64,000 nt of DNA from Candidatus Multivoradales bacterium (GTDB lineage: Bacteria > Acidobacteriota > Thermoanaerobaculia > Multivoradales > J023). The stretch covers positions 1,344,001-1,408,000 of the forward strand of contig CBDFLE010000006.1 in assembly GCA_965248925.1 (NCBI GenBank), read 5' to 3'. Below the pieces are notes generated by a model that was given only the letters and a program-made list of their open reading frames with translations, was not told the origin of the DNA and searched no databases. This document shows, in pieces, positions 1 to 7,821 of this stretch (the first letter of the stretch is position 1; every line of letters starts with the position of its first letter). Made by a program: the position numbers and the translations under genes.

Positions 1-51
1 ACCTAGCCCTCTTCGCGAAAGGCTGAGCGGCGAGGTGCCAACCGTTTCGCA

Positions 52-77
52 GAAAGCCCGGCTGATGCCGGGCTTTC
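52..77. terminator. Rho-independent terminator-like hairpin (possibly bidirectional)
   Basis: Perfect 11-bp stem GAAAGCCCGGC-TGAT-GCCGGGCTTTC; lies between the window start and the convergent XRE gene. Confidence 0.65.
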
Positions 78-262
78 GTGCATCTGGGCTCAAGTAGCGG
101 CGTAGGATCGCCGGGTACGTGCGTCTCGGATGAGTCCATCGGCCTGCTGCGGAGGTGCCAGAAGGCGTTTCGCCGCAAGCCAACTGAAATCAGCGAGCTG
201 TATTGATCGAGCCCGGTGAGAGCCGGGTTTCCGTCTATATTGGATCAAGAGGCGCCGAAAGC

Positions 263-616
263 CTAGCGGGTCTTGGCTTCCCTAATGAGCGAGTCGACGA
301 CGTAGAGGATACGGTCCCGGTCGCTCGTCGCCAAAGCGTCGAGAGTCATCCACCGTTCGACCATTTCGCTTTGGGTGAGCAGATTGGGAACCTCCTGCTC
401 ACCCACCAAATAGTCGAGCGTCACACCAAAGACTTCGGCCATCTTCTGAGCCACCTTGATCGACGGCATCACCTCGCCTCGCTCGTAGCGCCCGATGACG
501 ACGCCCGAAGTGCCAAGCTTTTTGCCAAGCTCGTCTTGCTTCCAGCTGCGAGTCTTGCGTAGCTCAAGAACTCGCTTGCCGAACCGTGTCTTGATCGTGC
601 CGCTTTCTTGGCTCAT
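263..616 (-). CDS. XRE/HTH_3 family transcriptional regulator
   Basis: LRKTRSWKQDELGKKLGTSGVVIGRYERGEVMPS...FGVTLDYLVG is a cro/C1-type HTH. Confidence 0.9.
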   Translation of the reverse strand: MSQESGTIKTRFGKRVLELRKTRSWKQDELGKKLGTSGVVIGRYERGEVMPSIKVAQKMAEVFGVTLDYLVGEQEVPNLLTQSEMVERWMTLDALATSDRDRILYVVDSLIREAKTR

Positions 617-727
617 AGAACCTTCCAGTCCTTTCTTGTACGCCTTTTTCCGTCCTGAGTTAAATAATCATGACGAAAGAGTCCATTGACAGTTTACGGC
701 GGCCTGCACCGCCCGGAGGAGGAACCC

Positions 728-940
728 ATGATCGACCGCACTTTGACCGTCTCTAGCCTCTACCCAGCCTCATCATTCCCTTCGGGCTATCGCTCACTAC
801 GCCAGTCTCGGCGACAGCATCCGGTGCCCTTCCTGCGGCTCTCAGGCCGGTGGCTGGAATCGGCGGGATTTGAGATTGGCTCGAAGGTGCGGGTGGTGGT
901 CGAGTCGGATCGCCTGGTGGTGGAGCCAGCGGATGTCTGA
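728..940 (+). CDS. symE: SymE-family (AbrB-fold) toxin-like protein
   Basis: PFLRLSGRWLESAGFEIGSKVRVVV matches the SymE core motif; ATG 728 follows a GGAGG SD. Confidence 0.8.
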   Translation: MIDRTLTVSSLYPASSFPSGYRSLRQSRRQHPVPFLRLSGRWLESAGFEIGSKVRVVVESDRLVVEPADV

Positions 941-1154
941 ACAGAAACTTCGGGTGTCGGGCTTCTATCGCCCCGGTTGGCCGGCGCCGCCGGCTCTGGA
1001 GCGGCCATCGCCGCTCCTGCTGCTGGTGGGCTCGTGGCTGGCAGAGGCGGGATTTGCTCCTGGGGATGAGGTGCGGGTGTCGGGGCAAGATGGGCGGCTG
1101 CAGGTGGTGCGGCGAGAGCTCGACGATGAGACGCCGGCTTGGGGAGGGCGGTAG
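933..1154 (+). CDS. Second SymE-family protein
   Basis: PLLLLVGSWLAEAGFAPGDEVRVSGQDGRLQV; ATG 933 overlaps the end of the previous gene. Confidence 0.7.
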   Translation: MSEQKLRVSGFYRPGWPAPPALERPSPLLLLVGSWLAEAGFAPGDEVRVSGQDGRLQVVRRELDDETPAWGGR

Positions 1155-1156
1155 GG

Positions 1157-4100
1157 GTGAGCAGGATTCCGGAAGCGGAGGTGGAGCGGCTAAAGCGAGA
1201 GGTGTCGGTAGAGCGCCTGGCCCAGGCTCGGGGGGTGAAGCTGAAGCGGCACGGGGCAGATCTACTCGGCCTCTGTCCGTTTCACGACGACAAGGAGCCC
1301 TCTCTCGTCATTTCACCGAAGAAGAACCTGTGGCACTGCCTGGGCGCCTGCCAGGCGGGTGGCTCGGTGATCGATTGGGTGATGCGAGATCGCGGGGTGT
1401 CGTTTCGCCACGCGGTCGAGCTGCTGCGCTCGGATCTGCCGGCGGCGGCGGTCACTGAGGCGCGGCCTTCGGCGCCGGCTCTGCCTTCGCCGGTGGTGGC
1501 GGACGTCGAGGACGCGGAGCTGCTCGGCCAGGTCGTCGGCTACTACCACGAGGCTTTGAAGGAGAGCCCGGAGGCGCTGGCTTATCTGGAGAGCAGAGGG
1601 CTGAAGCACCCGGAGATGATCGAGCATTTCAGGCTTGGCTTCGCCAACCGGACGCTGGGCTATCGACTGCCATCGAAGCAGCTGAAGGCGGGTAAGGAGA
1701 TGCGGGGTCGATTGCAGAAGCTCGGCGTGCTGCGCAAGTCGGGTCATGAGCACTTCAACGGCTCGATCGTCTTTCCGGTCTTCAAGGGTGGCCGGGTGGT
1801 GGAGATCTACGGGCGCAAGATCACACTGAATCTTCGCAAGGGGACGCCCTTGCATCTCTATCTGCCGGGTCCACATCGAGGGATCTTTAATGCGGAAGCT
1901 CTGGTGGCCTCGACCGAGATCATCCTCTGCGAGTCGCTGATCGACGCTCTGACTTTCTGGTGTGCGGGTTACCGTAACGTCACCAGCGCCTACGGCATCC
2001 AGGGTTTCACCGCGGAGATGCTGGCAGCCTTCGGTGGCCACGGAGTCGAGCGGGTGCTGATCGCCTACGACCGTGACGATGCCGGCGAGAAGGCCGCCGG
2101 GAAGCTGGCCGAGAAGCTGGTGGGTGCCGGGATCGACTGCTACCGAATCCAATTTCCGCGTGGCATGGACGCCAACGAGTACGCGCTGAAGGTGACCCCG
2201 GCGGCGAAGTCGCTGGGGGTGGTGATCCGCAAAGCACAGTGGCTCGGCAAAGGCAAGCCGCCGGGCGTGAAACCGGGGTTTGGGCCAACAGCTGGCCTAA
2301 TCGCGCCAACGGTACGGCCAAACACAGCCGCAGAGGCGGTAATGGCTCCACCAACAGAGCAGCTGACATCATCGAATACCGCCGGAGAGGCGGTATTGGC
2401 ACTGCCCGCCCCGGCCGAAGCCTCCCCACTGCCCGCACCGCCTCCGCCAGATATGCCGGCTGAGGTGCGCGACCAGGAGGTGGTCTTGTCGCTCGGCGAT
2501 CGCCGCTACCGCATTCGCGGTCTGCCGAAGAATCTGGCCTACGACGTGCTCAAGGTCAACGTCCTGGCGTCGCGGGGCGACGCCTTCCACGTCGACACTT
2601 TCGATCTCTACGCGGCGCGGCCGCGGGCGGTGTTTCAGCGGGCGGCAGCCGCTGAGCTGGGGGTCGAGGAGCAGGTGGTCAAGAAGGATCTGGGCAAGGT
2701 GCTGCTGAAGCTCGAGGAGCTGCAGGACGAGCAGATCCGCTCAGCACTCGAGCCGCAGTCGACGGCGGTGGAGCTGTCAGAGGGAGAGAAGGAAGCGGCG
2801 CTTGAGCTGCTGCGCTCACCAGATCTCTTGGTGCGCATCCTCGCGGACTTCGAGCGCTGCGGGGTGGTGGGCGAGGAAACCAACAAGCTCATGGGCTATA
2901 TGGCGGCCACCTCGCGCTTTCTGGATCGGCCTTTGGCGGTGGTGGTGCAGTCGAGCTCGGCGGCCGGCAAGTCGGCGCTGATGGATGCGGTTCTGTCGCT
3001 GATGCCGGGTGAGGAGCAAGTGAAGTACTCGGCGATGACCGGGCAATCGCTGTTCTACATGGGCGAGACGAACTTGCAGCACAAGATTCTGGCGATCGTC
3101 GAGGAGGAAGGCGCCGAGCGGGCTAGCTACGCTTTGAAGCTGCTCCAATCGGAAGGCGAGCTGACGATTGCCTCAACCGGCAAGGACGCTTCAACGGGCA
3201 AGCTGGTGACGCACGAGTACCACGTCGAAGGGCCGGTGATGATCTTCTTGACGACCACGGCAATCGACATCGATGAAGAACTGCTGAATCGGTGTCTGGT
3301 GCTGTCGGTAGACGAGGCGCGGGAGCAGACTCGGGCGATTCACCGGCTGCAGCGAGAGCGGCGAACGCTCCAGGGGCTGTTGTCGCGCACCCGACGCGAC
3401 GGGGTGATGGCATTGCACCAGAACGCGCAGCGGCTGCTGCGGCCGCTGGCGGTGGTCAATCCCTTCGCTCCCGAGCTGACCTTTCTCGATACGCAGATCA
3501 GAACCCGTCGAGACCACGAGAAGTACCTGACCCTGATCGACGTGATTGCTCTCTTGCATCAGTACCAGCGGGAGGTGAAGCGGGCGGTGGTCGACGGGCG
3601 AGAGGTGGAATACGTGGAGGTGGTGGCCACGGACATCGGGACAGCCAACCGGCTAGCGCACGAGGTATTGGGGAGATCGCTCGACGAGCTGCCGCCGCAG
3701 ACGCGGCGCCTGCTGGGGCTGATCGACGAGATGGTCAGCGAAGCCTGTGAGGCGCTGGCGATGGATCGGCCGGACTACCGTTTCAGCCGGCGGGCGGTGC
3801 GTGAGCACACCGACTGGGGTGACACACAGCTGCGGCTGCACCTGGCGCGGCTGGTGTCGATGGAGTATTTGCTGGTGCATCAAGGAGGGCGAGGCCAGAG
3901 CTTCGTCTACGAGCTGGTGATCGAGATGAGTGGCGAGGAAGACCGCCCGCAGCTGCCCGGCTTGATCGAAGTGGAGGCACTCAAATCTGCGGGTACGACG
4001 AAAAGAACGCGGGGTCTGGAAGCAACCTCGCGGGGTCAAGGGGGTGAGAACGCGGGGCCAACGCGGCCCCAACGCGGGGGGGTTGCGGGGAAGTCGCGGG

Positions 4101-4249
4101 GTGCAGTTTCCCAAGCAGAATCAAAGACTTCGGCCGGAAATCGTGGAGTTTCTGCAAAAAACGCATATAAGGGGGAGCGAGAAAATGGCCCGTCATGTCG
4201 TAAACCGGGAAGTCGTACCGGCAGCTCGGCGGCGGCCGAGGGGGCCTGA
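1157..4249 (+). CDS. DNA primase-helicase fusion (zf-CHC2 + Toprim + P-loop AAA+ ATPase + C-terminal wHTH-like region)
   Basis: CPFHDDKEPS..WHCLGAC zinc finger; Toprim ESLIDA and YDRD; Walker A SSSAAGKS, Walker B ILAIVEEE, ELLNRC Arg-finger-like motif; probable GTG start 1157. Confidence 0.88.
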   Translation: MSRIPEAEVERLKREVSVERLAQARGVKLKRHGADLLGLCPFHDDKEPSLVISPKKNLWHCLGACQAGGSVIDWVMRDRGVSFRHAVELLRSDLPAAAVTEARPSAPALPSPVVADVEDAELLGQVVGYYHEALKESPEALAYLESRGLKHPEMIEHFRLGFANRTLGYRLPSKQLKAGKEMRGRLQKLGVLRKSGHEHFNGSIVFPVFKGGRVVEIYGRKITLNLRKGTPLHLYLPGPHRGIFNAEALVASTEIILCESLIDALTFWCAGYRNVTSAYGIQGFTAEMLAAFGGHGVERVLIAYDRDDAGEKAAGKLAEKLVGAGIDCYRIQFPRGMDANEYALKVTPAAKSLGVVIRKAQWLGKGKPPGVKPGFGPTAGLIAPTVRPNTAAEAVMAPPTEQLTSSNTAGEAVLALPAPAEASPLPAPPPPDMPAEVRDQEVVLSLGDRRYRIRGLPKNLAYDVLKVNVLASRGDAFHVDTFDLYAARPRAVFQRAAAAELGVEEQVVKKDLGKVLLKLEELQDEQIRSALEPQSTAVELSEGEKEAALELLRSPDLLVRILADFERCGVVGEETNKLMGYMAATSRFLDRPLAVVVQSSSAAGKSALMDAVLSLMPGEEQVKYSAMTGQSLFYMGETNLQHKILAIVEEEGAERASYALKLLQSEGELTIASTGKDASTGKLVTHEYHVEGPVMIFLTTTAIDIDEELLNRCLVLSVDEAREQTRAIHRLQRERRTLQGLLSRTRRDGVMALHQNAQRLLRPLAVVNPFAPELTFLDTQIRTRRDHEKYLTLIDVIALLHQYQREVKRAVVDGREVEYVEVVATDIGTANRLAHEVLGRSLDELPPQTRRLLGLIDEMVSEACEALAMDRPDYRFSRRAVREHTDWGDTQLRLHLARLVSMEYLLVHQGGRGQSFVYELVIEMSGEEDRPQLPGLIEVEALKSAGTTKRTRGLEATSRGQGGENAGPTRPQRGGVAGKSRGAVSQAESKTSAGNRGVSAKNAYKGERENGPSCRKPGSRTGSSAAAEGA
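4008..4101 (+). repeat. Helically phased (C/T)GCGGGG repeats, iteron-like
   Basis: Copies start at 4008, 4029, 4051, 4062 (partial), 4073, 4084 and 4095, giving an 11-bp period. Confidence 0.65.
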
Positions 4250-5322
4250 TGCCGCGCCGTGGCGAGCGCAAGATCCGCCTCTTGCCGGGCAATCCAACCG
4301 ACCCTCGGGGTTTCGCGGTGATGGCGGGTCAGTACCTGGAGTGGATGGCGATCAAGAACTACTCCCCACGAACCGTTGAGAACCGGCATCTATACCTCTC
4401 GTTTCTCATCGCATGGTGTGAAGAGCGTGGAGTGTCGCGGCCGTCGGACGTGACCAAGCCGATTTTGGAACGCTACGCCAGGTGGCTCTACCACTACCGC
4501 AAGCCCGAGGATGGGCGGCCGCTGTCTTTCCGGGCTCAGCACTCGCGGCTGGTGCCGGTAAGGGCCTTCTTCAAATGGGCGGCTCGGGCCAACCACCTGC
4601 TCTACAACCCGGCCTCGGAGCTGGAGCTACCGAAGCTGGAGCACCGGCTGCCGGCGGCGGTGCTGACCGCCTCTGAAGCCGACCAGGTGCTCAACCAGCC
4701 CGACACCACGGAGCCGCTCGGGATGCGCGACCGAACAATCCTTGAAGTCTTCTACTCCACGGGCATGCGCCGGGCTGAGCTGATCGGCCTCGGCCGTTAC
4801 GATCTCGACATCGAGCGCGGGACGGTGATGGTGCGCCAGGGCAAGGGGCGGAAAGACTGGATGATCCCGATCGGCGAGCGGGCGTTGGCCTGGATCGATC
4901 GCTACGTCACTGCGGTACGGCCGTCGCTGGTGGTCGAGCCGGACGGCGGGCCGCTCTTTCTCACCAACCAGGGGACGCCGTTTGCGCCGTCGCGAATGAC
5001 TCAGCTGGTGCGCGGCTACGTGCTCGCCGCCGATCTCGGCAAGTCGGGCGCTTGCCATCTCTTCCGCCACACGATGGCGACGCTGATGCTCGAAGGCGGC
5101 GCGGATATCCGCTTCATTCAGCAGATGCTCGGCCATGCCAAGCTGGAGACAACGCAGATCTACACTCAGGTATCGATCCGCAAACTGAAGTCGATCCACT
5201 CGGCAACCCATCCAGGGGCGAAGCTGGGGCGGCGGGTGGCACCGCCGACAGAAGAAGACGGCAGCGATGAAGTGACCGCCGAGGACTTACTCGATGTAGT
5301 CGAGACCGAGGCGGAGGACTGA
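4249..5322 (+). CDS. XerC/XerD-like site-specific tyrosine recombinase
   Basis: SAM-like N-terminus; catalytic R (TGMRRAEL), K (GKG), H-x-x-R (HLFRH), LGH and Y (TQIYT) intact; start overlaps the primase stop. Confidence 0.93.
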   Translation: MPRRGERKIRLLPGNPTDPRGFAVMAGQYLEWMAIKNYSPRTVENRHLYLSFLIAWCEERGVSRPSDVTKPILERYARWLYHYRKPEDGRPLSFRAQHSRLVPVRAFFKWAARANHLLYNPASELELPKLEHRLPAAVLTASEADQVLNQPDTTEPLGMRDRTILEVFYSTGMRRAELIGLGRYDLDIERGTVMVRQGKGRKDWMIPIGERALAWIDRYVTAVRPSLVVEPDGGPLFLTNQGTPFAPSRMTQLVRGYVLAADLGKSGACHLFRHTMATLMLEGGADIRFIQQMLGHAKLETTQIYTQVSIRKLKSIHSATHPGAKLGRRVAPPTEEDGSDEVTAEDLLDVVETEAED

Positions 5323-5867
5323 CCCCCGCCCGCCACCCGAAGCGGTCCGGGTCTGCGCGTCCCGCGCTGCGGCCGGCTGCGCCGTCCTCCGCTCGCGGGC
5401 CACGCAGCCCTCGGCGGTGTTTGTTTTGTCACCCCTGCCCGCCCCGGCCCGAGCATCTGCGATCCACCACCTGAGCCCTCCGATCACCGGCCCGGCGCGG
5501 GGCTTCAAGTAGTCCAAGAGAAGACTCTTCGAAAGCTCACCCCAAGCTCCGCCGGGGCGAGCACGTTGGTGGCCGTCGAAGGTCAGCGGCTTCGGAAGCA
5601 CGCCCCGCTCTTGGCCTCCTTGCCGAGATCCACCGACTTGCACTGCGACGGCTCGGCCCGGCCCCGTCCGCCCCCTCAAGGGGGCTCCCCATCCTCCTCC
5701 CAAGACCCGCCCTGCGTCGTGGCCTCCGTACCCTGCGCGCGGCGCCCTGCGGTCGCCGTGCTCGGCTCCGGCCCCGCCGCCACCACGCCCCCAACGTGCA
5801 GATTGGTTTGGCGGCTGCGCCGCCGGCACCAAACTGCCGGAAAGACCCGCGCTCGCTCCGACGACCA

Positions 5868-5926
5868 GCCCGACGAAAACGACCTAAGAAAACACCCACT
5901 GCCCGAAGAAAGCGGCCTAAGAAAAC
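5868..5926 (+). repeat. 26-bp imperfect direct repeat, 33-bp period
   Basis: GCCCGACGAAAACGACCTAAGAAAAC (5868-5893) vs GCCCGAAGAAAGCGGCCTAAGAAAAC (5901-5926), 23/26 identical. Confidence 0.7.
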
Positions 5927-6007
5927 CGCATCTCGCCTCCGCACCAACCACCCTTCCTCCTTTAGCCGCTGTCTTCGAGCGCCACCCGCGGCGTAGAATG
6001 GCCCGGC

Positions 6008-7087
6008 ATGAGGCAGGCAGCTAAAGGAAGAAGCACTTGGACGATGGCGCTCGGGCTGGTCGTCGCGCTCCTGGCGGTGACGATGCCGGCAACAGCGATC
6101 GCGCCGATCTCCGAGTCGAGCTACGCCGAAACTCGCCTCTGGACCTTCGAGCACCAAGACCCCGCCGGCAGTAGGGCCGAGCGAGGCTTAAGTAGAACAG
6201 GCATAGAGGGTTACCAGCTCTCAAGCTGGAAACCGCGTCGGGCTGTCCCCTTCACCCGAGGGGGTCAGCAGGTGGCGTTGCACAACTACTTTCCCTTTGG
6301 TCAAGAGGCGACCAGCGCGGAGGCTGACGAGATTCAGCTGAAGTTCACCGGGCATGAGCGGGACAAGACCGGGACCGGCAGCCGCTCCGAGCTGGACTAC
6401 ATGCACGCTCGGCATTGCAGCCCGGTGCTGGGGCGGTTCTTGAGTGTCGATCCGGCGAAGTCCGCCAAGCCCAGCGCGCCGGGAAGCTGGAACCGCTATT
6501 CCTATGCGGGAAACAACCCGATCAACGAGATCGACCCCAATGGGCGAGAAAGCCGTGCGGCGATGGCTCTCGAACAAGATATACAGCGCTTGATGCGGGG
6601 CGAGATCACCCAGGAGCAGTACATTGAGAACATCAATGCTCGGGGAATGGGAGCACTGTTTGCTGCCAGCCTTCTCTCGCCAGTCGACGAGACGACTCTT
6701 GTTGTCGCTGTTACTCGAAAAGCACTTCCTAGTGTTGGGTCAAAGCTGTCTGCTGTCTTTGCTCGACTTGGTAAGGTCTTTCAACGGGGATCGCGCGGAG
6801 GAGCAAGGGGGAGAGGTGCCCTCTCGAAACTAAAGATAGACCCCCAAACAGTACTGTCTGGCGGCCGAGGCGGAGGTAAGGTGAAGTCTCTTATTGGGCC
6901 TCCGAACGCTGCCGTTCGCGGTGGTGGACAACGGGTTTTCGTGACCAACGATAAGGGGCAAGTCATTCTCGACATCACGAAGAATCGAGTAAAGCCGGTG
7001 ACTCCAGGACAGGGTTTCGGGCCGAAGAGGGCCCCAACGAAAGAGGAGCTGGGCATCTTGCAGCAAATGCTGGGAAGTGGGTCATGA
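6008..7087 (+). CDS. Short Rhs-core polymorphic toxin with signal-peptide-like N-terminus and C-terminal toxin domain
   Basis: YFPFG, KFTGHERD, LDYMHAR, GRFLSVDP and NRYSYAGNNPINEIDPNG form the Rhs-associated core; variable C-terminus follows; no YD-repeat shell. Confidence 0.85.
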   Translation: MRQAAKGRSTWTMALGLVVALLAVTMPATAIAPISESSYAETRLWTFEHQDPAGSRAERGLSRTGIEGYQLSSWKPRRAVPFTRGGQQVALHNYFPFGQEATSAEADEIQLKFTGHERDKTGTGSRSELDYMHARHCSPVLGRFLSVDPAKSAKPSAPGSWNRYSYAGNNPINEIDPNGRESRAAMALEQDIQRLMRGEITQEQYIENINARGMGALFAASLLSPVDETTLVVAVTRKALPSVGSKLSAVFARLGKVFQRGSRGGARGRGALSKLKIDPQTVLSGGRGGGKVKSLIGPPNAAVRGGGQRVFVTNDKGQVILDITKNRVKPVTPGQGFGPKRAPTKEELGILQQMLGSGS

Positions 7088-7557
7088 CAGTTGCTTCCGT
7101 GTTGCTGAACTTCAGGCACGCGCTGATTGTTCTAGTGCCTTCGGTAGAGCGCGCAGGCATTCCCTGGAAGCGCCCAGACGCATACGATGAGTGGGACGCC
7201 ATCGCTTCGACACTCTTCGACGAGCTAGTCGTGAAGGTACTCCGGTGGTCGTTACCCCACGACAAACAAGAAGAATTCCGCATGTCCCCTTACGATTTGG
7301 TACTTGCAAGTTACACAGACCACAGCACCTTGGAGGTGACTCATCCATGCTTACGATCAGGCCGCTGGCTGTTTCATGCATTCGGAACGATGAGCGAGCC
7401 CTTCGACACCGTTGAGGTGCGCGAAGTATCTGCGAGTGGTCTGCCCCTTGGCGAGAACCTCGCGACCTGTCCGGTGACTGGTGCCAGCTTTTGTCTCAGG
7501 CTCCGCCGAGGGCTCGAGGATTCAAGGGTTTTGGATGAGGTAGTGATGTTCAACTGA
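7084..7557 (+). CDS. Putative cognate immunity protein
   Basis: 157 aa with ATGA overlap on the toxin stop; position typical of Rhs immunity genes. Confidence 0.7.
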   Translation: MTVASVLLNFRHALIVLVPSVERAGIPWKRPDAYDEWDAIASTLFDELVVKVLRWSLPHDKQEEFRMSPYDLVLASYTDHSTLEVTHPCLRSGRWLFHAFGTMSEPFDTVEVREVSASGLPLGENLATCPVTGASFCLRLRRGLEDSRVLDEVVMFN

Positions 7558-7560
7558 TAA

Positions 7561-7821
7561 CATCATGGAGCAAGGGGGACAGCGGCTAGAGCTAGGGTTC
7601 GCACTGCGCCACAAGATCTCTCAGAGAAGCTAGCGCTCGATGAAGCGGGAGCTGGAGCGGGCTGCCGGATCATGCAAGGGAAGATCAGAGATCCGAGGAT
7701 CCCGGAAAACATGTAGGCGAAGATGGAACATGTCCTCAAGAATCCAGACGGAACCCAGACGGTCATCCACTACTGGAAGAACTTGGAAACGTGCGTTCGC
7801 CAAGGCTTTAAGTTCAAATGA
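7561..7821 (+). pseudogene. Orphan toxin C-terminal domain with internal TAG
   Basis: Frame reads GARG...APQDLSEKLALDEAGAGAGCRIMQGKIRDPRIPENM*AKMEHVLKNPDGTQTVIHYWKNLETCVRQGFKFK*; no start at its 5' end; stop overlaps the next ATG. Confidence 0.65.

Noticed and set aside
1-40. tRNA or tmRNA 3' end (ends ...TGCCA)
   Set aside because: No T-arm GTTCRA motif or acceptor-stem geometry visible
686-715. TTGACA upstream of symE as a sigma70 -35 box (similar hexamers at 21536 and 49238)
   Set aside because: No acceptable -10 hexamer at 16-18 bp spacing
4858-4860. KDW instead of the usual KDR in the recombinase as a sign of inactivation
   Set aside because: Not one of the R-K-H-R-H-Y catalytic residues, all of which are present
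5537-6157. ORFs in the recombinase-Rhs spacer (5537-6157, 5566-6024, 5287-5832)
   Set aside because: Arg/Pro/Gly-rich low-complexity translations with no motifs; region better explained as non-coding
5323-6300. dif-like Xer site for the recombinase
   Set aside because: No convincing XerC/XerD arm pair (e.g. TTATGTTAAAT) found by eye
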